A stretch of DNA of 64,000 nt from Coniocarpon cinnabarinum (Eukaryota): the NCBI GenBank assembly GCA_051942205.1, contig JAVECO010000016.1:124001-188000 (forward strand). Direction: 5' to 3'. A program made the position numbers and the translations under genes. The notes beneath the pieces are model-generated. The model had not been told where the DNA came from, did not search any database, and was given only the letters and a program-made list of their open reading frames with translations. Positions 25,212-39,538 of the stretch are shown here, in pieces. Every line of letters starts with the position of its first letter. Position 1 is the stretch's first letter.

Positions 25212-25768
25212 GACTTGTGGTTGACCTGCTGGTACCAGTATGCCGCAATATTCTTAATCGACTTATCCTGGAGACGAGACGCATTCGCTGTTTATGAAGA
25301 GCCTTCTGGCGGAACGCATATAATGAGACATTTTCAGCATGGACCGTATTCTTCCTTTGATCCCACCTGCCGGAGGAGCCGGATGGGGCGCTAAGCAAAG
25401 CGGCCCAGTGTATTCATGCGTCATGCGTTTGCCGCATGGCTGCTAGATGTTTGACACTGGCTCAATCCACTATAAGAACTGGTCGCACTCCTGGTCCCCT
25501 CCTCAGAACATGAGAGCCATCGAAAGCCAGTAGGATATGACCTCCTGTTCCGGCTACGGACGATTATGGAATACCTACAGTACGCCACAGACCTCACCAT
25601 CGAGGTCTGAATAGCGCAACGAAGTTTTGCCACCAATCTGAGTAATGCTTGCACGGAGCTAAGGAAAACTAGGAAATGTATTGTACGATTGCGGATGGCT
25701 GGGCAACAACGACGGAAGTATATGTCAGTGGATACTGTTGCCGCCCCTGCATAGGCCACCGCTATGTA

Positions 25769-25856
25769 GCAATGTCACGTGCTTGGATATCTATCACGTG
25801 ACATTGCCCCATCGCGCCCCTATGTTGGAATATTCGGTGGCTGTGGGTCACGTGAC
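25769..25856. promoter_or_regulatory. Cluster of three CACGTG E-boxes, two forming a perfect 13-bp inverted repeat, in the SDR/methyltransferase divergent promoter
   Basis: gcaatgtcacgtg (25769-25781) pairs with cacgtgacattgc (25795-25807); a third site gtcacgtgac lies at 25847-25856. Confidence 0.5.
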
Positions 25857-26478
25857 ATAATTACTGTATATAGAATGTTATGAGGCACCACAGACTTCTC
25901 GCCACCAACAGATAGTCAACCAATCAATGATCATCACCACATCTTTATTTAGACAATTCTGTAATCTGCACTCGACTTAGGTACGACTTTGTCCTCAGCT
26001 TGCACGACTATCGGTGGCAGCAGCAGAGGAACTCACTGTCATCACGAGGATCTCAAACAGCTCAAGCTCTAAGCGAACGTGATGCACAGCCGTGGCGTAG
26101 CAACCACAAAAATGGGGCCCCTTTCGTGCCGCAAGCATTGATCTGTCGCAGTGTTGCCCTGCTTGTAGCGATGACAACTTAACAAACATATGCGGCGTAA
26201 GCTATCTCTCCGCCATAGGAGGTTGCGCCTGGCTGCGGCAAGTACGTTGCCTCAAGTGAAGCCGGGTTGCTTTAACCACGAACTTCGTCACCTCTTCTGG
26301 ATTGCCACAGGCTGCGCACACTAATTCATATCCGCCTGTAGCCTCATTGACGTTCCCGAGGCTTCCCCTTCTAGCTTCAATACCCGATTATATTCACAAA
26401 GCCCTCTTAGCTCCATTCTATCTAAGCACCTGATCTGGGTGTTCATTGCACACCCTGATCCCATTTTCAATTACATCT

Positions 26479-27507
26479 ATGCGCAAAGTCATGGCTACGC
26501 ATGAGAGTCCCCTTGTGGAAACCAAGAGCCAAGATGCTCCATGGTGGCGTCCGGTCCCATTGTTCTCCATCAATACCAAGAACCTACTCACTCACTACTC
26601 AAGAGTAAATGAGGATGAGCTTGAAAACCACATTGTTAACTTCGTAAGTACTGATCCGGCTTACAGACTCCAGGAGACTTGACAAGCTCCAAGCATCATC
26701 CATGTGGACCACCGTACTAACTCGTTGACTGCTCCCTTCAGCGCGCAAAAGCATGGAACATCCGCCCCTATCCTTGTGTGGGTATGTGGGCCTTCCTGAA
26801 ATCAGTCATACAGTGGGCGCAGCTCGATGATGAGTATGAAGACATCTTGCAGCGTGTCAAAAATGGGGAAACGATGCTGGACGTTGGCTGCGCGATGGGC
26901 CAAGACTTGCGACATCTTGCCGCTGGTGGCGCACCCACAGAGAACATGTACGCAACAGGTGAGTGCAGACGGTTTCATCGAAGAAGGACGCGTCATCTCA
27001 CGATCACGCATAGACCTCATACCCGAGTTCTGGGAAGCATCATATGATCTCTTCTGTGATCGTTCCAAGATGCGCGCCAAGTTCATCTGTAGCGACGTAT
27101 TCGATCAAAACTCGGAGCTTGCGCGCACTCTATTCGGACGCGTTGACATATTCGTGTGTGGCGATTTTTTCCATTTATTCGATTGGGAGAAGCAGATCGA
27201 AGCAGCCACTCGCGTTGTCGAGCTCAGCCGGGCCGGTTCGGGCACAATGATTATCGGCAAGCAGATTGGACGTCGACCAGGAAAAACGGTCGTTTCTGGC
27301 TGGGGAAAGAAGGATGTCCTGTTCCTGCATGACGAGGAGACATTTCAAGATTTGTGGAGCGAAGTGGAACAGCGCACATCAACGGAGTGGATTGTGAGGA
27401 CTCGCATGGCGACGCTTGGCGAGGGTGGTTTCTGGGCTCCGAAGGAAGACTTCAAGTGGATGGGAGAAGAAGCCATCGGCTTTCAATTCGTGCTTACTAG
27501 GAAATAG
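26479..27507 (+). CDS. Class I SAM-dependent methyltransferase (fungal secondary-metabolism type); introns ~26644-26741 and ~26959-27013
   Basis: Motifs AWNIRPYPCVGMWAF, motif I LDVGCAMGQDLR, SYDLFCD and FFHLFDWEKQ. Start at ATG 26479 or 26491. Confidence 0.88.
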
Positions 27508-30500
27508 GCCGCCTTTCCTAGGTAGGCGTCACTGCTCATGCAGATAGCTGAGGAGGCTTAGCCAAATATGACCATCATCCGCTGCCACACCAAGCCGTGA
27601 TTGATGCGCATTGAAATGCCTAACAACGCTAAGCGAGACCCAAATTCAACACACCAGGTCCACTTGGGAATGACCACATTACGGCCCTTCCCACTCCACT
27701 GTCTCGTCAATGTGTTACGTGCGCTATCAAATGCGCGGATCGCACTGCTGCTTTTTACACGCACGCTCCCAAGAGTCGCAATGCTCACACCTTGCTGCTT
27801 TCCGCTTGCCAACCGTGCGATTCAAATGGGGCTTTCGGCCGCAAAGATCAGGAGTCGGTCAGAAACACGACTTTAGCTTTAAAACCTTCAATGCATCGAC
27901 TTGATCGAGAAGTGCTATAGCACGTCTTAGATGTTGGCCTTTCCCATGTACAAAGCTTAGGTTGATCGTACCAGCGAAGCAATTGCCACAGTATATTACT
28001 ACTCAGGCTTGCTTCCAAGCAATGTCAACGTTGACAGCAAAGCGTTATATTGTAACTCATAAGTTTCTTGCTTCGGCTTTCACAATGTCCAAGGATGGTT
28101 TTGTGGCTTTGTCAGTTTGCCTCACCAACCTGGCGACCGATTTGATCATGAAAGCTGGCGATTATAAAGGCAGAACATAGATATGCAAGGGACGCAACGC
28201 GCCTCCTGCGTAGAAACGTGCGTCGCATGGCTTTGTCCTGACCATTCAAAACCAAGCAATGCTTGCGCGTGGCGGAGTAGGATCTGTGATTGCCGTGATT
28301 GACGGAGCGATGTGCTGTTTTCTCCGTACCAGTCGAGTGGTCCTTTCCCTGCACTTGCAAGAGGCAGGTGTCAACCATGTGTCACTACACTTTCCCTCCA
28401 ACGTTGCTATGCCATCCTGACGAGATCTGACTATTTCTTCCGGTCGTGTTCTGTTTGTTCTCCTCTCCTCCCCGATATTCTTCACGACTCGAATCTCATC
28501 GATCCTTTTTTCCAATTCTCCTTTGAACGTCAGTGCTAGGATTTTGACAAAGTGTGACCTTAGTCCTCCTCTCTCGTCCAAAGATGCTTCTGTGCTCAAT
28601 CAGACCAGTACCTACTCTTTTCCCTGTCCCTAATTCTTTCACTCGCGGATTCACCCCACTGGTTAGCAATCTACCTTCGACCGCTTCACCACCCAACGTG
28701 CTGGCCTCACTACTTCGGTAGGAACGCTGCCTCGTTAGCATCAGGTCCGCAACATCTGTCATATGCACTCCGTGGTCAAGGCCTTCTGAGCCCGTGGAGT
28801 GCTATCACGAGCATGGTCGCGTGTCGATACGATCAGTCATTCCCCTCTTGCAGATAAGCTATACCTGCCTCAACATTGCTGACTAGCTAGCTACATGATT
28901 CTGACTAGACCCCAAGAAAGTGCTCCTCACAAGAGTCTCACCCCAGCCACTTTACCGTTCTCTAGGATTCATGACACCGCTGGTGCTCTGCAACGAAGCA
29001 ACACCTTCCACAGAGACGAAAGCACTTGCAGGAACCCAGCATCGACGAAGATTCGAAGAACTTATTCTCAGACATTCACACGTTTCTGCTTCCGCAGACT
29101 GTGCCCAGCGTCCAACCTCGCTCATCGACACACATGGAAGTCGACAAGTCTGCCGGTGCGTACCATGGCCTGCGAGTGACTTGCATGGGATCATTGTCAT
29201 CATTGAAAATGTGAGGAACCAGCCTAATGATGAACCCTGGTCCGTGTTTCTCTGAGCAAGCGAAAAGCCTTGTGCGAAGTAGCCTGCTATATTAAAAAAC
29301 GCTCCAGCTACCCTTTATAAGCCTAAAGGACTCCTCACTCAGCTTTAGCTAACCCCGACAGGTGTTCTAGGTTTCCAAGCTTGTTAGAACGTCACCGCTA
29401 TATCAGCACTTGTCGCAGTGAGGGAGGTTGCGTCACTGTGAGGTCATAACTTGTTGAGGAAGCGGACCTGGAAACGGGGTACATTATATGGACAGGGATC
29501 GGTAGACAGTGATCGAATTGAGATGTTTGCGCTTGGCGACTCGCCGCTGACCTTGTTGAGAATTCTCCATTTGTCTTCAACCTTGCCGAGACCGGGGGCC
29601 ATGGTGTACATGAGCAAGGTCGTGAATCTTACAGTGTCATGGGTTGAGCCATGAGTTCGCTTACGCGTACAAACATGACTTATCGTAATCAAACCCGTTT
29701 CTGAGCTCGAAGAAGCTAGGAATCAGTCTTGACGGACTGAGTCGGAGTCTCTCTTGAAAACGGTTGACGATCAATAGCTCTCAGCGCGCCAGGGATTTTA
29801 CCATCGTCTGCAGGTCCTCTTGCAAATTATTTTTCGCTACGTCTAGTAAGCGATGCCCTGTCACTGATAATATGAGCTCGATGCATTTCGATCAGACACA
29901 GCATATCACAAGCGAATAGCAAATCGAGATTGACGCCAGAAGTGCAATAAGCAAGGGCGTGGCCGACTTCTTATTGCAAGATGCGTGAAAGACTCAAATG
30001 TCCAGGAGCATCTGCACTGGCCACACATGGTGCCAAGGCTGCGCATATGCCGTACGCACCGCTTTAGCAATCCATAGGTTTTCACTTGGGTGCAAAGCGC
30101 TCTCATGCACCTGTGTCCCAACCGAGTCCAGGTTGTCAGAGGGCAAGACTGTCCTTCGGAAGCTGATGTCGCTTCATCTAATGCAGTTGGATGCAGCGGA
30201 TGCGCTATCAACAAGCGTGATTCGCAAGGTGTACAACGAAGTCAGAGTCATTCGATATGGATACAGCTGGGAGATGAAACAGATGAAGAGAAAAGACTTA
30301 CCCCGCCCGTACGTCATACTAGATATAGGCCCGATTAAGCAGGCACGTATGCCTATCAGACAATACAATCTCAAGTGCGGAATCATTAATTTCGTCTTCC
30401 CCTACTTCTCTTCCACGGTGATTTTTGGCTCTGGATGGGCATCTACCACCTGCACCGTGGCTCATTGCGTGCAAACCGAAAATCGCCTCATCCGACCTTG

Positions 30501-32575
30501 TTGAGAAGCTTACCATGCCCCACTCAATTTTGAAATCAACAGCGCCTTTGGGAGAGACCATCCAGACACGGAGGATGGCTGTGCCTAATAAATAAAGCAG
30601 TCTGCGAAATCTAAATCGATGGCACATTCTTTTGGATGCAATGGCGCGACGCAACGCCGCTGTCACTGCGATACGTCCACGACCCGAGCAACATCATCTC
30701 TGAGATTGGTGAAGCCGGTAGCCCACCAGCCCATCATGGATTTGTCCGAGCTTTTACCGAAAGTGATCCTGAACTCCTGAATTTAGTACCTCAACTTAAC
30801 GTCTCCCAACCTACCTTCTCCGCTTCTTCCAGCAAGCGCGAAGGCTTCACATGCGTGTCTCCGACATGAATAAGCTTGGGCAACTAGGGGTATGGCCCTG
30901 AAACGATAGCATCGCATTTCTCATCTCTGCGAGAACTCGACGGATGGTGATGCTGATGCTTGACATCACTGACTTTTGCGACTCCTGTCAACTTCCTCCC
31001 CCATCCTGCTGGCTACCATTGCACGCATCCTGAGAACAACTTCAGTCAAGCCCAGGCTCGCAGATTGCCAATGGACAGTAACGCGACAGCTCTGATATTT
31101 CTTAAGTATGATGAGAACAAGGACTACTGCTCCATCGACCGAGGTGTGACACAGCTCGTGCAAAGCTGGTCGCGGAGCAATGTGCCGTCGTCATGGTTAT
31201 GTTCTGCCAAGATACCTGACTTGATGTTCTCTCCGAATGTCTCCGGCTGGGTGATAATGACCATCTTCGCGACTCTCATTTTAGATCATTCGTGACATCT
31301 CTGTCTGCCAAACCTTCCCCTGCTGCTTTAAGAGGGACCGCTAAGCTTGCCTCACGTGCGCGGAGATCTACAATTTAACAGCACGGTCTGGGGGCCTCTG
31401 ATACTGAAAATGCATAGTCCAGCTCGAGTCACTGGTGTGTTGAAGCATGCGAAAAGATCATTGTTCACATAATGTCAACGTGTCCTGTCTACACCGAAAC
31501 CACGACTCGCTACCACCTAGAGGAGCCCCAAAGTTCAGGCACGATCACTATAGACGTGACCTCGTCCTCTTCAAAACAAAGTCGATCTGAAGAGTCCACC
31601 CTAAGCGGTCTTATTTAAACAAAAAGAAGCAATGAATGTCATGAACGCCGTGAACATGTTATCTGCATGTCTCATATAGGGCACGTCTATCTCTGGGCAG
31701 TTGTGTCGAGGTTGATAGCGTGTGGGCGTGGCGCTCCAATGGCATGAGTTGCAGAGCTCATATTCATGTAGGGATTCGAAATGACGGCTTCTGTAGGTAT
31801 TTGACACTGACACTCGCGATTACATACCAGTCTCAACGATTGGCAAGCTATGCATGAGTGACGCATGAAAGGATTACTTGTCTCATGATCCTTCGATACC
31901 TCATAGTTTAATATTTAGTCTTATACGAAAGCCCATGGCGGCGAGTCTTGGTCATACGACCAGTGGAAACACGAAGAGAACTTTTGCTTCATCCCAGATG
32001 AAGGCATGGAGCGCAGGCACTAGTGTGCTCCGTCAAAGGCACGAAGAATCACGTGACGATGTATCAACTCGGGCTACTTTTGCATCCAGCTTGATCTCCT
32101 CTTCCCCTCTCTGAGCACTCTGAAACTGCTGCAGACACTCGGTGAGCGACCTCACCTGTCAAGAGTAAAGAGACGCTCTTGGATCGGCCTGGTCAACACG
32201 TCACGGAAACTCTTTATTCCTGATCGGTTTCCAGCAACATCGTTGGAAGTCGCGTCCGATGAAGGTCAGTCGCAGATGCCTATGAAAAGCTTGCTACTCT
32301 ATTACATGGCTACGCGTGTCGAATGTTTACGCGGGATATCATACAGGCATGTCAGGCTAACCATTACGCGAAGGATCTCTGATTCATGTCTACTACGCCG
32401 CATACTTGCAGAGCGGGACACAGCCTCTTGAAGGCGCCTCTATTACCTTTCGAACCTTTTAACAAATCTTCACACAAATACTGAAATCGTTTTCACTTGT
32501 ATTCACGGTCACTCCTGAAAGCGAACGTTTAATTACTCAATACGCCACAGTTTGTTTCAAGAGCGTACCGTCAAG

Positions 32576-34953
32576 ATGGAAACCGGTCGTATCCGATACC
32601 AGATTCATTTCAATCGTGACATCGATTTCGACTGGTTCAGATGGGTAAGTGTTGGGGTTCCTTTGCACAAGCGCATGTGCTAATGTTGTTGGAGATACGC
32701 GTGGATGCCATTTTGATGCCAGGGTCCACTGAGCCTGAGGCTATCTTGGAACAACCTCCGAACCAGATCGGCCAAGCACGAAGCCTTCTCGCGACATTAG
32801 ATGACGTACAACATGATAGATCACTCATTGAGAGTGTACTTCGAGCCGAATTTGGACGTTTTGAGCACCACGAGAACATCATCAACTATAAGCTGCAGCA
32901 TCGGGCTTTGACAAACCTAGACCCTGATGAATATGACAGAATCAAGCAAGAGTCGAGGTGTGGTGACTACTGGGTCTATGATGAAAACGAATCGATTCTA
33001 CGCGAGCCGGACCCAGAGGAGCTCGAGCTCGAGTCAACTGATGAATACGGCAGTTCGGAATCCTCGGATGTCGTAATGCAACAAGGAATCGAGAAACGGG
33101 ATGGAAATGCGCTTCCAGATCAAGACAAACAATTACCAAGATACAGAGTTGTGCAGGTACAAAAGTATATATACGACTCCCAGAAGGTGTTGAACCGGTC
33201 ATCTGAACGTGACACGGCAGGCCCTAACCCAAGAATTGGAAGGCTCTTTGCTCGTCTCATTCGAAGGGACGAAATTCGTGAGCATTTCTGGGAGGACATG
33301 GAAGAGCCAGCAGAGGAGACCTGGGAGCTCGCTTATGAGGTTTTTAATAGGTACCTTGCCCCATAGTTTCTATCATTCTCGCAAACTGACAAACATAGGT
33401 ATGGCTTTGTGCGAAGATGTCATGTAGAAGGAAGTGCGTCTGGCTCTCAAGTGTGGGGATATGAGCTCAATGATGGCGACTTCTTGCTCATTGAAGGAAT
33501 CCACGTGAACAACCCTCATCAGAGACAAGGCATCGCGCGAAAGCTGATCGAAATTGCCTTGGCAGAGACCTCGCGAAAAGACGTCAAGCTGCGATTTGCT
33601 ATTGCACGGGCCGATGTGCCCACCTCTGAAATACCTTACGACATGAGTGAAAAGGAGAAGGACGATCTCTATGCGAGCAACTACAACAGGAACATTAGGT
33701 TGCTAAGAAATGCTGGGTTCAGGATGATTGGCGCATCAGGATGGCTGGCGTGGGCTGTTAATAAGGGTCATCGCTCCCATCAAATACCAGCAGACCATGA
33801 TTATGATGCCCCCAAGGACACGGAGCGATCCGAGCTGGAAGAATTTACCAGACGACTGGAAACTTCACGCACAGTGAAACAAATCAACATGTTCAGCAAA
33901 ATGATCTCGGACCACTTTATTGGATATGGAATTGATGACATACAACACCTTCTTCGATTGCGAGGTGAGAACCCGGATGCCGTCTCCCCTGAGACCATCG
34001 CAAGAACAAGATTTGGATGCACATGTGGGCTCTGTTACTGCGGGTTCATCAGTCCACGCATGCGGTACTCACTGAAAAGCAGTGCCTTTGTCAAGCATGA
34101 TATGCTGGGCGAGGAGATTGAATCAGTGCTTTTTGATCACGAATTCGACCACATCACCAAGCCAGATCTCCGTAGCCGTATGAACACTAATAAATCGCTG
34201 CGCGAAGGATATTGCGATGTACGTTAAACACTAATCATTCTCAAGGACATTGTTTAGGCTTGAGTTCCATTTGCTGACTATTTTAGCTATTCTTAACGCT
34301 CGCTAATACTTTGGACAAAGATACACCTCTAAATTCATTGAACATTGGAGACGGCATCGCTCAAAATGTGATGCGCGATATGCATTCTCAATGGCCTCCG
34401 CATATGCGAAACTTTTTGGAAGCTGGGGTAAGTTCGTACCCTTGGATGCATTCGTAAGATTCTCTGCCTTTGCAACTTCATAGTCCAATTCAATGCCCTA
34501 AAAACTCGACTCTGTAAATTTGGTAGTGAATTTGTTGGTCGCTACACGATTAGTGGGCCATCACTACTCTCAATGATGTACATTCTGACAGACGCACTAC
34601 CGTTCCCTAGAGCTTTGGCACCACTCATGCAGGACATCAAATGATGCTACCATGAAATGCTGACTTGATAACAATAGGGCTCCATGCGACCTGTAATCAG
34701 AGCTACAGTCGAAGATGCGGCCAACGGAGATCCTTTCCTTGGTGACAACAGAGTCAGCTCGGTCGACCTTGAAGAGCTCGCATCGCTGCCCGAATGTCGC
34801 AATGATTGCGAGTACTCGATGGTTTATCGAAATCTCGTCATCAATCGACTTAGCGACGGATCTATCTCGGAGGACGAGACATACACTGATCTGGCCCTGT
34901 TTCCTAGTCGATATGTCAGCATACGCACCGGTCTTCGGTTGCCTGCTGAGTAG
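32576..34953 (+). CDS. Fungal hypothetical protein with central GNAT-like acetyltransferase region and Cys motif (5 exons)
   Basis: Introns ~32645-32694, 33351-33398, 34219-34286 and 34428-34677 join the ORFs in frame. Contains GNAT motif A-like IEGIHVNNPHQRQGIARKLI, plus FGCTCGLCYCGFISPRM, WPPHMRNF and LPECRND. Confidence 0.75.
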
Positions 34954-37900
34954 TGGCTTGTGCATTAACGTGACAAAGACTGCCAAGATGTGATCATGGC
35001 ATTACTTGTCCACGTGGGGTTTCTAGGGAGTTCCTTGACAAGAGGCAGATGTATCGTTCTATGTGATTACTGATTTTATGTTTGTGCGGTTCAGATGATG
35101 AATATCATTGTTGTTGCTCAAGCATCATATTACAGGTGCTAAATCATGTGTCTAAAGATCTGGCAGACTTTCGAAATCATTGCAGATCAAACAATGTCTC
35201 AAGTCTTTCTCTATCCTCTTTGTCACTTTGAAAAATTGCCTTCCGCGCACAGCGTCCACCAGAAGAAATACGCAAGTCCAAAGTGCATACTCAAAGTCAT
35301 TTCTGACATTCCTACTGCGCAAGAACTGTGTCCTGGCGAAATCAAGAATCGATTCGTCCGTCAAGACAAGTTGTTTTTGAAGGCAGTAGTCAGCTGCCAC
35401 AGTACTCGATCTTTCCAAAGAAGCATTGATTTCTTCTTAGCGTCTTTAGAGACAGACCGTAAAGCCATATAGCAAGAGTTGATAACGAGATCTCTCGATG
35501 GGGCAGAAATCCAGAACCCGGTGGCACTACAATGCTGCCCATCTTTCCAACTTGCATCTCAGTGTCAACAGCTATATGCTTCATCATTGCTTTGATATGT
35601 TTGACAGATGGTGATACCTCTATTGATTTCGCCCGGGCCCCCTGAAAAAGTGCCAAGCCTAAAGCACCTCTGTACCTCGAGAATTATGTAACGAACTTTG
35701 CTGCATGGCGGCTTTTGGAGAAGGCGGCTTAGTCTGGTAACATTCATCAGGAGTGACTCGGGTTGACTTGCCCCGTCGGGACCGGAGATTAACTTTCACA
35801 TGTCTAGCGCAGCGATTGGAAAGAAAAGCTCCCAATGTTTTCATACATTAAACAGGTACCGCAAGGCCCGGAATTCCGCAAAGAGCTTCCTTGAAGGAAC
35901 AGGGGAACAACAACAGGAAACTTGTCCAGTCCTGTCGCTCGGATCCATGAATGATTGTGAAGGTGGGTAAAGTTGCGCATTATTATCGTTGATTCTGGCA
36001 ATACATACGAAGGACTTCATCAGTCCCGTTAGAACCGCATGCTCGTGACATCGCACGTCTCAAGACACATCCATTTGTCGCGACCCCTTCAGGAGGACTC
36101 AAGCAGTAGTGACTATCTGTCCAGCAGTGCGACATTGAGAAGGCACTCGGCAACCACGAAGATCTTTTTGTATAGTACACTCCATAGATAAGGCGAGTAG
36201 CACCCTTAATTGATAAGCTGCATATGACAGAGACTGTCTCCTGCAGCTTGTGTTTACAGCCGATCTATGAGACGGCTTGGCTCCTCTAAGGGGCTTATTG
36301 AACTATACTTAACAATCGATTGACTTCCCAAGTCTGTCTATCTCGACGTTGCAACTCTGCAACTTACAAGCTGATGATAGTCATCGAGGTCTTTCCGCGA
36401 CCTGACTTTACGTCTTCTATCTGCCGCTGCCGCCGCAGATTTGCAACCCAAACATCTATCCCCTGCCGCGATAACCAGAATCCGATCCAACTCTAATCGC
36501 TTTTCTTGCATACACAAATAAGTCCGCACAACACTAATGTCTGAGATGTGAACAATATGCGAGATGGTAACGTTGCCGGAACTCAGTGACATTCATATAC
36601 TTCGGAAATGGCCGTGCTCCTGTTTAACAATATGGACCATACAGCATGGCAAAAAAATCAGGTTCCAGCTTAGGGGCATCGCAAGGTGCTCTCATGTCTG
36701 AATATTCGTGCTTGTCTAGTCAACTTGATCATCAAAATGGCACAATATTACTGAAGGTAATGGTGCTCGACATCATGAGACGAAGGTCAAGCATCTTTCG
36801 ACTTGTACAACACTCGAACTGAGATGAGCGCTTTACGACCCGTAGCTTTAACATGACCCTTTTGGTTATGCGGCTTCACATGATCGTGTTCATTCATTGC
36901 CATGAAAGTAATCTCGGAAGCTGTACCAGTCCACTTAAGATACTTAGATGCTGGATATTGAGGATCAACTAATCGTGTGCCAAGTTCATGAAGGATAATA
37001 GTGTTCCATGTCATAGATCCATGGAATGTGAGACTTGATCGATGACAAACCCAACTTTTAGGGTGATACCGGCTTTTAAAGAGCAGGAAGGACTTTGCAT
37101 CTCAGTAAATGAAGTGTTTGAAATAGCATGAAATCTTTGAACTGCGTAAAATGACGCAAAGAATTTCATCGGGATCGCTCATCAGCATTACATCGTTAGC
37201 ACTTTGTCAGTGTTATCTCTTTAGTGTTGTTCTTATAGGTATGCACTCCCTATCTCAGGTGATAGTATGTAGCCCAAACCCCTGAATGAACAGGCATCGT
37301 ACAAGAGAAATTCCTCGCGATGCTCCTAAAATCAGATAAAGTTTTACTATCAAGATTGTATTCTTAGATCCCTAGGGACACTTGTTGTAGAGAGTATGCA
37401 GATCCGTTTTTAGCTAACATGGAATGACATTACTGGACTTCGAAAATATAAACTAAGTTCAAAGCTTCTCTGGCGGGTCGGCACGCATTAAGAGACGTCA
37501 GCTCGTCACAGTCGAAGTCGAAGTCGAGTGATCGAGAAGTTTGTGGAATATCGGACCAAACATTCAGAAGGTTAACAAAGTTTCATGCTGATGGTTATTA
37601 CCATCCTTTCATTGAATGTGGAGTGAAGTGCAATCGATGAGAGCTATTGCCCCAAGCTTGAAGCATATTTTGCACTGTACAATGCCCGCTGATTCCTTGC
37701 TGCAAGTCCTAGAATGCAGGTTGCAATAAAAGATACTGGTTAGAGTTTTTCCTTCATGGCCTCATGTCCTCTTGTATGGACAGGTCGCGTGCATGGGAAA
37801 TTCTACTCCATAACTATATCTTCCCTTCTGTTGAGATGGCACATACCATGGACTTCAAACGAACGAAGACTCAGACCGGTCTTCGAAATATAGAAGTCCG

Positions 37901-39538
37901 GACGCACTCGAATGACTCATCGATAATGGAAAAGCAAAAAGTACGCAAGGGAGTTTTCTCGCGTCGTCACCGACTGCGGTACTAGTCCCCCGATGACTGT
38001 TTTAAGAGAGTTGACTGAAACGCCGCGTCTCACGTATCTGTGCGCGTACCGGGTAGAACATCGAAAACCACAAAATATAACTTACGTAACATTGAATACG
38101 ATGCACAGAGCAAGAAGCAATATTCCCCGCAGCTTCCTCAGGGCATTACCTATGACTTCTACGACTTCCACTTGAGCATACATTACTCAACATACAAAAG
38201 TAATTCTTAATACTACCTATCATCGCTACTTCGGACAACGATTTCTCAATTCGCGCTATGGCTTTGCTGCTAACTAGGCACAGAATCTTTTGGTGTATCC
38301 CCTGAAAGTTCAATGGGTAAACTCTTTCAATTTGCCTCTGACACCATGAGGAAATCTCAATCCAAGATGCCTTTCCAATATTGAGGAGCCATACGTTCTG
38401 GACGCTAGTAGAGCTTCCTGTAGCCAAGTAAGAACATGTGAAGACATATTAGGACAGGACGTCATTCTTCATTGCCACAAGGCAACAGGAAGCATGCTTC
38501 GTTACTCTTAGTAGCAGTCTGTGAATCTTCGTGTATCCCACACTCGTTTTTCTACGAACGTTTCAGCAGCCGCAGCAATGCATCGAAGGGGTCCTTGCCA
38601 CAATGTGCCGTGCGCTTTCCGACTTTACGGACCAATACGAGGCATCCAATGTTTTCTTAACATAGAACAAAGATTTCGACGATCATCGTCGTCGTCATTG
38701 CTAATTGTCCACCAAACTTATTTTTGCGTGGAGCTCTTGAAAGCAGACTCATACTCAAGGACGCCCCTCAAATCTAAATTTTGCGGGCTGCAGTGCACCA
38801 CTGTTTCCTACACAAAACTTCTTCTATCCCGCTCATGGTCTTTTATATTTACAACACGCCACGTGGACTTATGCTCCCGCACTGTAACTTCGCAATCATG
38901 TCGACGACGATCTCATTTCCAAGACTGGCACGCAGACAATCTTTTACTTCACACTGGAGTGTAAGATTCTTAGCGACTCGGGCACCAAGATAGGGGATAA
39001 ATAGCAAAAATCAATGAGTTTGTTACCAGTATAGCAATCTTTGTTTTAATACTTGCGCTGCTGAGCTGCGCCTCATACCAATGGTCATCACCATTTTGAG
39101 CGCAAACATCGACAAGCCCTACTTGCTGATGCGAGGGTTAATGATGGGGTCGCTGGAGAACAAAAATCCCCTTGATGCCCATGACTTGCCACCATTGTTG
39201 TTGCGCTACTAGTGCTCATGTCGAATCATTTAGAAATGCGATGATCGTTTTAATATTCTGAGTTCTACTTGAGTTGGAAAGTACAGATCCTAGCACCGTA
39301 ATGACGCCGTCATAGGAACTGACTCTCAGCTATTAGTGCCCCTGCGGGATCTTAATGTTGAGCACAATTGAAGATGGCAATCGCTCTGTGTGCTGACTCT
39401 CGTACGTAGAAGACACAAATGTAAGTTATGAGCAAGGGCTTCTCGTTTAGTCAGCGTTTGTATTGCTGCGAAACGTGCAACGAAGCCTTGACAGCATAGG
39501 TCGAAGCTCGCGAGGAGGAGGGACACCACGGGTGACAT

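Noticed and set aside
27550..32400. Numerous 60-170 aa ORFs
   Set aside because: No recognisable motifs or consistent splice model; treated as non-coding or decayed.
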